Shown one piece after another: positions 12,618 through 25,320 of a stretch of 64,000 nucleotides of DNA; the first letter of the stretch is position 1; each line of letters starts with the position of its first letter. Below the pieces are notes generated by a model. That model searched no databases. It was not told where the DNA came from and was given only the letters and a program-made list of their open reading frames with translations. This DNA is from Octopus sinensis (taxonomy: Eukaryota): assembly GCF_006345805.1 (NCBI RefSeq), contig NC_043011.1, positions 48,186,464 through 48,250,463 of the forward strand, in the 5' to 3' direction. The translations under genes were made by a program, and so were the position numbers.

Positions 12618-13606
12618 ATTGAACAAAATCAGGTAAGATGCAACCAGCACCTGAAATTTCTTTGCTCAAATTTTTACAATATTTCATGAATTATACATCT
12701 GTACAATAAATTGAATGAAATACACATACACATAAATGAGACCTCTTTGCTCATTTTCAAAAAATTATTTGATAAATAAAAAAAAATCTGAATTACTAGG
12801 CAAAAAAAAAAAAGAATCTTTAACAAAGTCAAACAATGATAAATACTAGAACATGCTAGAAATTAATGAATTCAATCATGTTCACTTTACTTCCAAGCTA
12901 AAACAAAATATCAGTAAGAAAACAGCTATGATATTATTTTCTAGACTAGGTGCAAGGCCTGAAATTTTTGAGGTGGGGGCCAGTCGATTTAATCAACCCC
13001 AGTATACAACTGGTATTTAATTTATCAATCCCGAAAGGATGAAATGCAAAGTTGACCTCGGCGGAATTTGAACTGAGAACATAAAGACAGATGAAATACT
13101 GCCAAGGATTTTCACCCGGTGTGCTAACGTTTCTGCCATTTCCCTTCTCTAAATGTCAAAAGGTAATATAGCAAAAACATTTTTAACCCTCATTAGCATT
13201 AAATTATAGTTACCATAATTTATTCAGCAATCACAGGATCAAGGTCAGTTTTATATTGCACAATAAACCAAGCAATATATGAAAAGATACAAACAAAGGA
13301 ATTAGCCATTTTCCAATTCTTTTGAATATACAGAACCAAAACAATTATACATCAATGCTTCCAAAATTTGCATACTGCATCATAAAGAGAACACATTTTC
13401 AGTTGGAACATATGACCTCAAATGATAATGTAATTAAGAGGTCATAAATGTAGATATTAACAAATTCCTTCTAATTAATCCTAATCAGCGATGGAACCTG
13501 ATGAAATGAACCATACTAAGCTGATGACCTGGGTATATCAGATTTTCAGTTTTGAATTTTATATTGCATACTTTTGCAGTGATATTACTCCTATTCTTCT
13601 AAATCT

Positions 13607-14021
13607 TATTTCTTTATTGCCCACAAGGGGCTAAACACAGAGGGGACAAACAAGGACAGACAACAGGATTAAGTCGATTACACCGACTCCAGTGCGTAAC
13701 TGGTACTTAATTTATCGACCCCGAAAGGATGAAAGGCAAAGTCGACCAGGGCGGAATTTGAACTCAGAACGTAAAGATAGACGAAATACCTATTTCTTTA
13801 CTACCCACAAGGGGCTAAACACAGAGGGGACAAACAAGGACAAACAAAGGGATTAACTCGATTACATCGACCCCAGTGTGTAACTAGTACTTAATTTATC
13901 GACCCCGAAAGGATGAAAGGCAAAGTCGACCTCAGCAGAATTTGAACTCAGAACGTAATGGCAGATGAAATACTGCCAAGCATCTCGCCCAGTGTGCTAA
14001 CGTTTCTGCTAGCTCACCGCC
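13607..14021 (-). mobile_element. Dimeric family D SINE
   Basis: Two tandem bodies joined at GACGAAATACC|TATTTC (13790/13791). Imperfect TSD TTCTTCTAAATCT / TTCTACTAAATCT. The tRNA-like head has the B-box GAGTTCAAATTC on the minus strand. Confidence 0.85.
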
Positions 14022-14463
14022 TTTCTACTAAATCTAATGTCATACAATATATATTATGAATGACACACTCGTCTATACAATTCTAGTTTTTTCTCTATAT
14101 CACAGTTCAAAATATGTGACACAGTTCTTTCCATAAGCTTCCTCTTGGATGAACACTAACATACACACGTAATGTTGTATGAGTATGTATATATTCCTGT
14201 CTAGGTATGAATCTATGCATTCTCATACGAGTGCAGGCTTGCTACATGACAAATTTTAACAACTGAAACTTTACCAATATATATATATATATATATATTC
14301 ATAGCTCACAGTTTCTGATACTGAAGACTTAAATAAAACAGCCATTTGAGAGATATCTTCACTCATATTACTCTCATCTGATTAATGCTCTACTTAGCAT
14401 GAAACTTAAAGTCATGGAAAAGTAGTAATATTTATCAAGTATATTCTAATAAATACACCCCCT

Positions 14464-14464
<1 letters not shown>

Positions 14465-14526
<62 letters not shown>
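14465..14526. repeat. Pure (CA)n microsatellite
   Basis: Direct inspection. Confidence 0.97.
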
Positions 14527-14529
<3 letters not shown>

Positions 14530-16116
14530 CTCTCATTCTATTTCTGTCTTTACCATTAACATGTACGCACCACAGAATAAGGAAATGGGTTAACAAGACA
14601 GATTAAAAATAAAAGACAATAATTCTCTGATATTTTACGATTTCCAGTTCTGGTTTTATAGATGTACATTATTTGTTCTGTAATTCTCTAATACAATTTT
14701 ATGATTGTATGATTTTTTTTTTTTTATTATTTGGTTTTATATAGGAATTTAATAGGCTTTCCCTGACTTCTGTTAGTTTTTGTTCTAAGAAATCTAATAG
14801 ATTCTAGTGTAATCCGTTCCTACTATCTCATGTTATATATACAAGGTAAAAGAAAATAGATGATGATGATGATGATGATGAGGAAAATGACGATGATGCT
14901 GATGATGATGATGATGATGTGGGGTGATAGTAGTGATCATGATTGAATATGTAGTGATGGTAATGATGATGATGGTTGTAATTATGTGTGAAGATAAAGA
15001 AGATGGTAATGGTTATAGTGATTGTGGTGATGATGATGATGATGATGATGATTGTAAGGAAAGTAATTATGATGGCGTGGTGTGAGGGTGGTAGTGGTGG
15101 CGACTGTGAGGAAAATAAATAAGAAAAGTATAGAAGGCTCAACAATAAGACAGCAAAAGAATGATAGTAAAAGTCAGGAAGGAAAGACAGATGACGACTA
15201 AAGAAATAGAATAACCAAAGAAGATAAATGATGAAAGCAGACAAAAGAGAAAGAGAGAAAAAAAGAAGAGAGAAAAGAAGAAAGAGAGAAAAGAAGAAGA
15301 GAGAAAAGAAGAAAGAGAGAAAAGAAGAAAGAGAGAATAATACTAAAAAAAAAGAAGAGGAAGAGAGAGACTGAGAGATTGAGAGACAGATGACAAAAGA
15401 TTTATGAAGACATCTTTTGTCATCTGTCTTCAAGAGTAGCAAGACAATGGATGAAACAGAAAAGAGAAGACGTCTGAATAATTAGGAAAAAAAAAAAAAA
15501 AGAAAAAAGAATGAGATATAAAAGAAAGATTGTCAAGTCAGACAATGTCCAAAACCAATTGAATTATTATATGTCACTGAAGGGGCCTCTAAACGGTTGC
15601 TTAGCCTGCTAAAGAAACTAAATGCTGCATATAAGAAAAGGGGAAAACGATATCCTAAATTCAAGAATCACCAGTTTATTGTATCGACTTTTACTATCTT
15701 AAAGATTTCGATTTCTTGCAAATTATCCTACTTTTTGAAGTATATCTTTCCATCTAGACATTTGTTAAGGCAATAAATTATCATACATACATACATACAT
15801 ACATACATATCCAAATTCCCTTGCACAGATGGCTATCAGTCATCAATTGGCTGTCATGCAGTCCTGTTTTTTTTTTTTTCCATCCATTTCCTCAAACCAT
15901 GTTCATGGTTTAATGATAAAAGTAAAAAAAAAAGAAAAAAGAAAAAATGTACATTCAATGCTTGAAAGCAACAGAAATGCATTGTAGAATTGTATAAAGA
16001 GAGTAAACCATGGGAAATTAAGTTTAACATCTCTTTGGGGCAATACTGTTTTTCTATTTTTCTATAAAGGCTGTATGCTTTAACTGATAAACGTATATCC
16101 AACAGCAGCAGCAGTA

Positions 16117-16300
16117 GTGGCGCAATGGCCCAGTGGTTAGGGCAGTGGACTTGCGGTTGTAAGAGCATGGTTTCGATTCCCAGACTGGGCATTGTGTGTG
16201 TTTATTGAGCAAAAACACCTAGGCCCCACAAGGCTCCGGCCGGGTGGTGGTGGTGAAACCCACTGTACTCTTTCACCACAACTTTCTCTCACTCTTTCAT
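16117..16300 (+). mobile_element. Family B SINE head with no recognisable tail
   Basis: GGCGCAATGGCCCAGTGGTTAGGGCAGTGGAC...TTTATTGAGCAAAAACACC matches other B copies. Confidence 0.8.
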
Positions 16301-16399
16301 CCTACTTCTGCCACAAAGCAGAGAAACCATGGTGTAACTCACTATGGTGTGGTAAAACTTTCATATCCTAGTCTAGATTGTGAGTCCTCTGTACTCCAG

Positions 16400-16543
16400 G
16401 ATGTTTCAGCTATCCACCTGTCAAAAAAAGCCACCGTTTACGGATGAGGATAATGACGTAGCTTTCGCCCCTATGCAACCTTCAGTCTATCACATGTGGT
16501 GGGTGGATCTTCAAGTTGCTGCACGCATTCTTAGTAGCTTAGA
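16400..16543 (+). CDS. Candidate internal exon of an unidentified gene
   Basis: Acceptor GTCCTCTGTACTCCAG|G, 144 nt, open frame MFQLSTCQKKPPFTDEDNDVAFAPMQPSVYHMWWVDLQVAARILSSL(E), donor AGA|GTAAGT; non-repetitive with raised GC. No homology recognised. Confidence 0.4.
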
Positions 16544-19500
16544 GTAAGTTCGAATTAGAGATTACTCTTTGTGGCTAATGGCATGAGTCCTGATTGGAAG
16601 AAGAAGACAACAGGCCAGATCATGGATTTGTTATTTCTGAAAGTTTTCAATAGTACTCAGGCCAAAAATCCTCTGGAAGAGACCAGCCAGCAGACTCTTA
16701 TTGGTATCCAGATTTTTCCCCGAAAGCTTTGTTGCCCATGCTCACTTGTAATCCTCTATAAAACTCTAAAGCAAAAGTTCCACCAAACACATCATGTGAT
16801 TAGTAGAGGGCTGTGTGTAGCAACAACATCAATAACAACTTATAAAAATTTGTAGCTTTCATTTGTGAAAACCGGATCTTTGGCAGTGCTTATGTTACAT
16901 ATTTGGCAAATAAACTCCAAGCTTCTCTAATTGATATTCAGGGTTAAAGTTCAATAATATAAAGGAAATATTTATTGAAAGTAGGAACTAACAACAATTT
17001 ATCATATTAAGCATTCAGAAGAACTAATCTAATGAAAATTCCTAACACATACACGTACACATATCACACATAGAATTGTATAATCCATTAGTGATATTGC
17101 ATCCTAACTTCAAGATTCATGTTTAGATTATACTAAGTAATCATCAGACAGCAGATTCTTTTGATTGATAAAATATTCATGTCATAAATGTTATTATTTT
17201 GAAGTATTTCCAGTGTTGCATTATGAGTAAAAGTGGAACAACTAATTATATGTACATATATTGCTATAAGTACTATATTTTACATTGGTTGTTAGGAAAA
17301 ATTAAGTTGGAGGATTTTTTAAAAATGTATTCGTTGAAAGGCTTTTAAACATATTTGAAAATTGTGTAGAAAGTTAAATAATAGACAACACAAGGTGTTA
17401 CAGTGTATGGGTATAATATTGTAGTGCAGTGAGATTAGGAGCAAGTATTAATAGGTTAAGACTAAAGCATAAAATGTACAGTCAATGTTTTGTTCTTGAC
17501 GATCTATTGAGCTGGTTGGTAGTATGCTGTTCTAGTGCTTGTAGAAGTATTTTTCATCATGGTGACATTTAGGGAAAATCTCTGATTTGACAATTAAATA
17601 GTTTTGAAGATTTATTAAGGAATTTAAGCTTGGGATTATTCTCAGCTACACACAGCTTCCAGCACTTCATACAGTTCCTGTGTAGTCAATATCTTCAGAT
17701 CATCTACCACTTTATGTTAATTTTGTTACATTCTTTTTCTACTTTCATGAAAGAAGCAGTATATTTGCTGTATAATTGCTTAAATTTTGCATTTGTGATA
17801 CTTTAGTCATACTTCCAGACGGGAATGAAACTACAAATGAATAATTTAAATAGTTATCCAAGTCATAAGGCAAGTTTGAAATATATTTAGCTGGTGTATT
17901 GTCATGTTCTAAAAGAAAATCGGAAAACCGAAATAAACAGCTCTTTTGCAATATTTAAAACATTTCCTTTTTATATTTTTACATATTATGATGCAAATTA
18001 CTAGACTCATTAAACATAAAGCTGCATTCATTGCATATATTTATTTATACAAATTTTTATGTGCTTTATTCTAATAATGTATTTCAGAAAATTTAGATAT
18101 TTTGTTTTATCAAAGTTTAGACATCAGTTGGCTATTTTTCATGTATTAAGACATTCAAGCACTACAGAGTTTTCGCAACATCCATTATCCAACTCACAGT
18201 AATCAAGGTATTCTGCTGTGTGTATGTGAATTTTTGTGTGTGCATGTATATACATACATGCATCTGTCATATTCATAAATACAGAACAGAAGTGTTTATA
18301 GAATGGCTCAAATGTCAATTTTTGTAGACAAATATGAGAGATGAAATAATTCAGAACCACATCAAAAAGGAACAATACAAAACTAAATAAATAATTGTCT
18401 TTGATAAACAACAGACCATTTCCTTCCTAAATTCTTTCATGGTATGGAATATGCCTTCATTCCAGACATGACAAACATTTTCTGATATTCTGTGAGTCAT
18501 TTGTGAGAGACTAATTGCAAGGAATTTAGAGATTAACCAGACTGCAATTTGTTCACTACAAAGACTAGAAAGTCTTCATTCATTGTTTAATAATTAAAGA
18601 GTTGTTTGGTCTTTAATTTTCTTTTTGAATTTTGATTTAAGTGTTCTTTTTTCTTTATCTTAGCTTGCATTGAAGTTTAATTAGGAGATTATACTGACTG
18701 GAATCATTTTCTCAATATATTAACTGTTGTTGTTTTGATCAAAATCAGCCTTGATCAAAGACATTCCAATATTGACCATCCCATCTTCCAACAATCTCTG
18801 TGAAACAATGTGCTATTTAATGTGTCCTTTCTTTCTAATGATGGTAGGGTGAGATTTGAGGAAGAGCTGTCTGCTATTTCCAACTATTTCCACTCGTACA
18901 CAAAAGCTCTCTCTGAACATTTTATCAGGATTCTTTTGTTGTTCAGACCAGATACTTGATTTCAATCCAAGTAGACCTTTAAGCAAAGGTACATCAGTAT
19001 TGTCAATCCCACCCTTTTTTTCCAGCACAATTTATATAAAACGTTATTATCCAGTATACTCTTCATATTTATGACAATAAAATGTGATTTGCTTGAGATG
19101 TTACTGCTATTTCCAGCAAATTAAATGACCATGTAAAAGCTTACTTGTTGACATCTAATGTATATGACAGAACCTGAAGTGTGACACAATCAGCATAGAT
19201 ACACACACACACATTGATATATATATATATATATACACACACACATTCATTTATATATATAAATGTATGTGTGTATATATCTATGTGTGAGTGTCTGCAT
19301 TTGTCCCCCAAGAATTTGTAACAGTATAAAAGCTTAGTGCAGCCTAAGACCCCTTTTAAGATGATAGGATTGGATCATAGGGCTTGCAGTGGACTTGGCT
19401 GCCACTAAAGGCATTCCAGTCATGACATACCATTTTTTTCTTTATTGTATGTGTGGGGAATTGATAACCATTATATCCAACATGTCCTTTTGATGTGGTT

Positions 19501-19715
19501 TGATGTGCTTTGAAGAAGATTTAGCTGCTGTTTCTTGTAGGTCAAGCAACCATATGCAGGCTCCCACATTGGCTCATATCATGTGGTGGTAGTGTGCTGA
19601 AGAAATGGCATGGTTCTTAGGGTGGTAGTGTAGTGGTGGTGGTGTCAATTAAACTGGTACTTTATTTTATATAACCCAAAAATAAAACAACAACAACAAT
19701 AACAATAATAATAAT

Positions 19716-19923
19716 ACTCTCTCTCTCTTACTTGTTTCAGTCATTTGACTGCGGCCATGCTGGAGCACCGCCTTTAGTCGGGCAAATCGACCCCGGGACT
19801 TATTCTTTGTAAGCCCAGTACTTATTCTATCGGTCTCTTTTGCCAAACCACTAAGTGACAGGGACGTAAACACACCAGCATCGGTTGTCAAGCAATGCTA
19901 GGGGGACAAACACAGACACACAA

Positions 19924-19970
<47 letters not shown>

Positions 19971-20133
19971 CGACAGGCTTCTTTCAGTTTCCGTCTACCA
20001 AATCCACTCACAAGGCATTGGTCGGCCCGGGGCTATAGCAGAAGACACTTGCCCAAGATGCCGCGCAGTGGGACTGAACCCGGAACCATGTGGTTGGTTA
20101 GCAAGCTACTTACCACACAGCCACTCCTGCGCC

Positions 20134-20134
<1 letters not shown>
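19716..20134 (-). mobile_element. tRNA-derived CORE-like SINE family A, young full-length copy
   Basis: Head AGGCGCAGGAGTGGCTGTGTGGTAAGTAGC..GGGTTCAGTCCC, CORE-like ATCTTGGGCAAGTGTCTT, internal (TA)n(TG)n, and tail GACTGAAACAAGTAAGAG. Confidence 0.92.
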
Positions 20135-20191
<57 letters not shown>

Positions 20192-21086
20192 TAATAGTGT
20201 TATAACGAATGTATGCAATAATGTAGGAAATAATGAAAGACAGAAGAAAAAAAAAATTTATATATCAGACTGTAAATGAAAGAAAAACAAATCAAAATTT
20301 TATTTGAATTTCCATTTGAATAGGTATTCTGAAGTAAAGGCCAATTTTCTAATAAGTTTACAAGAATAAGAAAATTCCTAAAACGTTTTCCTCTTTATTG
20401 ACCAAGACAGGAAACATTGGTGAAGTATTTCATTCGGTGCCAAAAGTCATGATTCTGTTGATGAAAGGATCTTGGCATTAGCCAGGTAACGAAATGAAAG
20501 TGTTAAGTGTTGTGTTAATAATGATGATGGTGGTTGTAGTAATGGTAAAGTGATTGTGCTGATCGTGGTGGTGGTAATGGTAGTAGTGGTGGGTAGAGGT
20601 TGAGCTGCATGGTGGTTGTGGTGGTTGCATGGTTGTGGTGGTGGCGTTAAAGAAATTGTTATTGTAATGAGCGTAGTGGTGTGATAGCAGTGGTGGTAGT
20701 AGCTTGTGTTGTTAGAGATTGCTTCCCGACCACATGATTCCGGGTTCAGTCCCACTGTGTGGCACCTTGGGCAAGTGTCTTCTACTTTAGCCTCAGGTCG
20801 ACTGAAGCCTTGGGAGTGGATTTGCTTGACAGAAACCACTCAATGGTATTTCGTCTGCTGTTACGTTCTGAGTTCAAATTCTGCCAAGGTTGACTTTGCC
20901 TTTCTTCCTTTCAGGGTCGATAGATTAAGTATCAGTTACACACAGGGGTCGATCAAATCAACTCTGTGCAAGACATGGTGTCTGACAATGTATCCTTGAT
21001 AATCTTTTTATTACCATATTTTAAATGTAATACACTGCATTTGTTTCTGTTAATTTGGAAAATTATAAATAACACTATAATACTAT

Positions 21087-21510
21087 AGGCGCAGGAGTGG
21101 CTGTGTGGTAAGTAGCTTCTTTACCAACCACATGGTTCCGGGTTCAGTCCCACTGCGTGGCACCTTGGGCAAGTGTCTTCTACTATAACCTCGGGCCAAC
21201 CAAAGCCTTGTGAGTGGATTTGGTAGACAGAAACTGAAATAAGCCCGTCGTATATATGTATATATATATATATATATGCATGTGTGTGTGTTTGTGTGTC
21301 TGTGTTTGTCCCCCTAGCATTGCTTGACGACTGATGCTGGTGTGTTTACGTCCCCGTTACTTTGCGGTTCGGCAAAAGAGACCGATAGAATAAGTACTGG
21401 TCTTACAAAAGAATAAGTGGTGGGTCGAGTTGCTCGATTAAAGGCGGTGCTCCAGCATGGCCGCAGTCGAATGACTGAAACAAGTAAAAGAGTAAAAGAG
21501 AGTAAAAGAG
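21087..21510 (+). mobile_element. SINE family A, full length
   Basis: Same structure as 19716-20134, with a (GTAAAAGA)n tail. Confidence 0.92.
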
Positions 21511-21529
21511 TATAATAACTTTACCATTA

Positions 21530-21761
21530 TTAACCCATTCGCATTTAGATTTCTCAATCAAATGTTATACTTATTATTTATTCACATTGATTTGAATTAG
21601 TCATTCATTATCTTGTGGCTTAGAGATTTCAATGACGTGATTGTTTATTTTTAGAATAATATTGTAGGGTAAGTGTGAGAGACTAAATATGGTCAGTTTG
21701 AAGGTATTACAAGTAGATTGTTTTGGCTGGATATGGCTGGTTTAAGCGCTAAATGGTTGAA
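21530..21761. mobile_element. piggyBac-type MITE, family 2 (degenerate)
   Basis: TTAA-CCCATTCGCATTTAGA...TTTAAGCGCTAAATGG-TTGAA; related reverse-oriented sequence at about 39680-39890. Confidence 0.6.
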
Positions 21762-21811
21762 GTGGTGTTTGGAACATATCAGGAAATTTGATATAATATA
21801 AGGAACTTAGT

Positions 21812-22090
21812 TTATACAGTGCTCATGTGCAATGCAACTCATCAGAAAAAGTAACTGAAACTGAATGAATGGGGGCATAGAATATGTGCAGGAATGGAAC
21901 AGAGTCAGTTGCAAAAAAGACAAAATGGGTCCAGGGGCACTGGGTGTACTGTTAACGAAGTTCAGAAAGTATGGAAGTTTTGAAGGGTGCAGAGTCATGA
22001 CAGCTAACAACTGACGGAAGTAGTTTATTTTATGCTTCAGCAAATCTGAGAGTGAAAAAATGCTTCTGAATGTCATGGATGCTCTGTTGT
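21812..22090 (-). mobile_element. CR1-type LINE 3' end, second copy
   Basis: The reverse complement (TTTGCTGAAGCAT..AAACTAC..TGCACCCTTCAAAACTTCCATACTTTCTGA..GCACATGAGCACTGTATA) aligns with 9085-9330. Confidence 0.75.
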
Positions 22091-22119
22091 TTTTTTGTTT
22101 TTTGATTTTGTTAGCATGT

Positions 22120-22291
22120 AGGCGCAGGATTGGCTGTGTGGTAAGTAGCTTGCTAACCAACCACATGGTTCCGGGTTCAGTCCCACTGCGTGACATCTTG
22201 GGCAAGTGTCTTCTGCTATAGCCCCGGGCCGACCACTGCCTTGTGAGTGGATTTGGCAGACGGAAACTGAAAGAAGCCTGTCGTATATATG

Positions 22292-22322
<31 letters not shown>

Positions 22323-22537
22323 TTATATGTCTGTGTTTGTCCCCCTAGCCTTGCTTGACAACCGATGCTGGTGTGTTTACGTCCCCGTTACTTAGCGGTT
22401 TGGCAAAAGAGACCGATAGAATAAGTACTGGGCTTACAAAGAATAAGTCCCGGGGTCGATTTGCTCGACTAAAGGCGGTGCTCCAGCATGGCCACAGTCA
22501 AATGACTGAAACAAGTAAAATAGTAAAGAGTAAAGAG
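22120..22537 (+). mobile_element. SINE family A, full length
   Basis: Same structure as 21087-21510. Confidence 0.92.
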
Positions 22538-23289
22538 TATGTCCATGAGTGTTCAAAATACAGAATTCAAAATGTCCACAAGGTCGTTTTGATGGAAGGT
22601 TTTAACTTAGATCACTTCAAAACAGCAAGTTTTTTTGATCATAGAATTAGGGACAGTCTCAGGTAGGTTGGTATCAAAAGGGATAATCATTTTTACTATT
22701 GATCTGACTCAAGACAAGCTGGCAGAACCATTAGTACACCAGAAAAAAAATGCTTATTGACATTTCATTCATCTTCGTGTTCTGAGTTCAAATTCTGCTG
22801 AGGCAGACTTCACCTTTCATCACTCAAGGGTTGATAATTGACAAAATAAATCCCAGTTGAGCAGTGGGGTCTATGCAATCAATTTGCCTCTTCCTTGAAC
22901 TAACTTTGTGCCAAAATCTGACTGGTTCTCAACGTGTGTTCCTACCAAATTTCAATCATAACTTGTAACAATCCAAGATTATGGAAGAGCCCACTCTTTC
23001 ATGTGTTGTGCAATAGCTAACCCTTTAGCCATACTTGCATCCACAAGGATAAGTCTGTAGTGAAAAGATAGGGCACAGAAATGCAAAAGAAATTCAAAAT
23101 TCCAGAAAAGGGCAATGCTAGGGTGATACGGGTCAGACACCGAAAATATTTTGCTGAGCTATGTGGCTCTTCAATATAAGCGATGTCATAAGCCGATTAT
23201 CTTGAATCAATCATCCGGGTGCAAAAGAAGCAGCAAGGGAACTTTGTGTCATTAAGGTTACATGAGGAAGGTTAGGGTTGAGGGTGAGC

Positions 23290-23578
23290 AGGGTAAGAAT
23301 ACAAGAAATAAGGGAAAGAAGGAAAGGGAGGAGGAGGAGGAGGAGGAGAAGAGAAAGGGGAAAAAGTGTGGAAGAAGAAAGATGCAAAAAGGAGAAGGAA
23401 AATGAAGTTGGAAGACGATGGGGTGAAGACGAAGAAGACGTGGAGAAGGAGAAGGGGAGGAGGAAGGAGGTGGAGGTGGAGGAGGAATGGGAGGGATGGA
23501 GAGATGATGAGGAGGAGGAGGAAGAGGAGGAGAAGGAGCAGGAGGAAGAGGAGGAGGCGGAGGAGGAGGAAGGGGTTT
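23290..23578. repeat. Purine-rich (GAG/GAA) low-complexity tract
   Basis: Direct inspection. Confidence 0.9.
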
Positions 23579-23995
23579 CTAGTTTAGGCACAAGGTGAGA
23601 ATTTTGAGAGGAGGGTGTAAGTCGATGCCATCAACCTCAGTGCTTGACTGGTACTTTATTTTACCGACCTTGGCAAGATTTGAACTCAGAATGCTTAGAG
23701 CTAGAAAAGAAAGAACCAAAAATTGCAGGGCATTTTACAGAATGGTCTAACATTTCTGTTAATCCACTACCCTCATAATAATGATTATAATTATAATCAT
23801 GACGATTATGATGATGATGATGATTTTTTTTATCAACCAAATGATACTGCAAGCAGTCCAAAACAAAAGAAACAGAGAAGGACTATATGGCAGAAAACTG
23901 TGATATCAATAACACCAATAAACACACATTAAAAAATAAACATTATTTACATTATTTACATTTGATGGATATTTGTCCTCATCTTGTTTGCTGTT

Positions 23996-24041
23996 AACAC
24001 AATGTTTTGGCGGATATATCCTCCAGCCTTCATCAGGTATC
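23996..24041 (-). ncRNA. Degenerate minimal hammerhead, left arm of the fold-back
   Basis: Minus strand: GATAC-CTGATGA-A-GGCTG-GAGGATATAT-CCGCC-AAAAC-ATT-GTGTT; G12 and the helix III G are changed to A. Confidence 0.6.
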
Positions 24042-24079
24042 TTGGAGAAATTTCCAACCTAGGTTCTCATTTTCCCCAA

Positions 24080-24125
24080 GACCTCTGAAGAAGACTGGAG
24101 TGTATATCAGCCAAAACGTTGTGCT
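24080..24125 (+). ncRNA. Degenerate minimal hammerhead, right arm of the fold-back
   Basis: GACCT-CTGAAGA-A-GACTG-GAGTGTATAT-CAGCC-AAAAC-GTT-GTGCT; G12 is changed to A and stems I and II have mismatches. Confidence 0.6.
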
Positions 24126-24371
24126 AGCAACAAACAAGATGAGGACAAATATCTGTCAAATGTCAATATGTAAATAATGTAAATAATTCCTCATCTCTTA
24201 AATTATAGAACTGTAAAATAACTTAGTTATCATTAAGCTAGTCTTAGGAACATAAATTGTGACTAAGGTTTGGTGGAAGATTTTAATTCAGAACTTACGT
24301 AAACAAAACTTTTGTACTACAGGGCCAGAGGTAGTTTCAGCTGGGTTGGTTTCGAAAGGTTTGAAAAAGGC

Positions 24372-24692
24372 ATCATCATCATCATTTAGCGTCCGTTTTC
24401 CATGCTAGCATGGGTTGGACGGTTCAACTGGGGTCTGTGAAGCCGGAAGGCTTCATCAGGCCCAGTCAGATCTGGCAGTGTTTCTACGGCTGGATGCCCT
24501 TCCTAATGCCAACCACTCCGTGAGTGTAGTGGGTGCTTTTTATGTGCCACCCGCACAGGTGCCAGACAGAGCTGTCAAACGGCCACAAACGGATGGTGCT
24601 TTTACGTGCCACCGGCACGGGGACCAGGCAAGGCTGGCAACAGACACGAACGGATGGTGCTTTTACGTGCCACCAGCACGGGGGCCAGGCGA
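24372..24692 (-). mobile_element. Family C SINE with three internal units of about 60 bp
   Basis: GGTGCTTTTACGTGCCACC-led units begin near 24532, 24595 and 24655. Confidence 0.85.
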
Positions 24693-24776
24693 GGTTGGCA
24701 CAAATTTATGGGATGATTACAGGAAATTATATTGAACTCAGTGATTGATCAGTTTTTATTCTGTTGTGAAATGCAG

Positions 24777-24894
24777 CCTCTTGACCCCAACACACCTCCA
24801 ACAGCCAAGTCAGCAGTCAAGAAACCACAGGCAGCCCAGCAAGCTAAACTCATCCATAGTGGAAGGAGTAGTCATACCTGGCTGGACGTCTTGC
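24777..24894 (+). CDS. Candidate penultimate coding exon of an unidentified gene
   Basis: Acceptor TTTTATTCTGTTGTGAAATGCAG|C, 118 nt reading PLDPNTPPTAKSAVKKPQAAQQAKLIHSGRSSHTWLDVL plus 1 nt, donor TTGC|GTAAGA; GC-rich unique sequence, phase-compatible with 26887. Confidence 0.6.
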
Positions 24895-25052
24895 GTAAGA
24901 TGGCTTTTTGTCACTCAGGTCCACTTTGACTGGTCATGTCACATCTTTTCTCCAACTGTCTTTATTGCCAGCTTTAAATTGACTGTAGGACCTGGTCACT
25001 TGACCTCACACCAACTGTTAATATTGCCAAACTCACACCATGTGTTTATATA

Positions 25053-25278
25053 TATTTCTTTACTACCCACAAAGGACTAAACACAGAGGGGACAAACAAA
25101 GACAAACAAAGGGATTAAGTCGGTTACATCGAACCCAGTGCGTAACTGGTACTTAATTTATCGACCCCGAAAGGATGAAAGGCAAAGTCGACCTCGGCGG
25201 AATTTGAACTTCGAACATAACGACAGACGAAATACGGCAACGCATTTCGCCCGGCGTGCTAATGTCTCTGCCAGCTCG
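25053..25278 (-). mobile_element. Family D SINE monomer with a perfect TSD
   Basis: CCATGTGTTTATATA occurs at both 25038-25052 and 25279-25293. Confidence 0.92.
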
Positions 25279-25320
25279 CCATGTGTTTATATAGTCCACC
25301 TCACAGTAAAAGGCACACAA

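Larger units (their letters stand above)
23942..24187. mobile_element. Fold-back palindrome of a Penelope-like terminal sequence
   Basis: Arms of about 110 bp (23942-24051 and 24069-24187) around a loop TTCCAACCTAGGTTCTC; the left arm matches 41392-41530. Confidence 0.85.

Noticed and set aside
16452-16492. Minus-strand CTGAAGG..GGCGAAAGCTA hammerhead-like string
   Set aside because: The core is wrong at A9 and stems I and II do not pair; it also overlaps a better plus-strand exon candidate.
22611-22662. Exon-like segment ending CAG|GTAGGT
   Set aside because: It lies within the right end of a piggyBac-type MITE (GGTATCAAAAGGGATAA).
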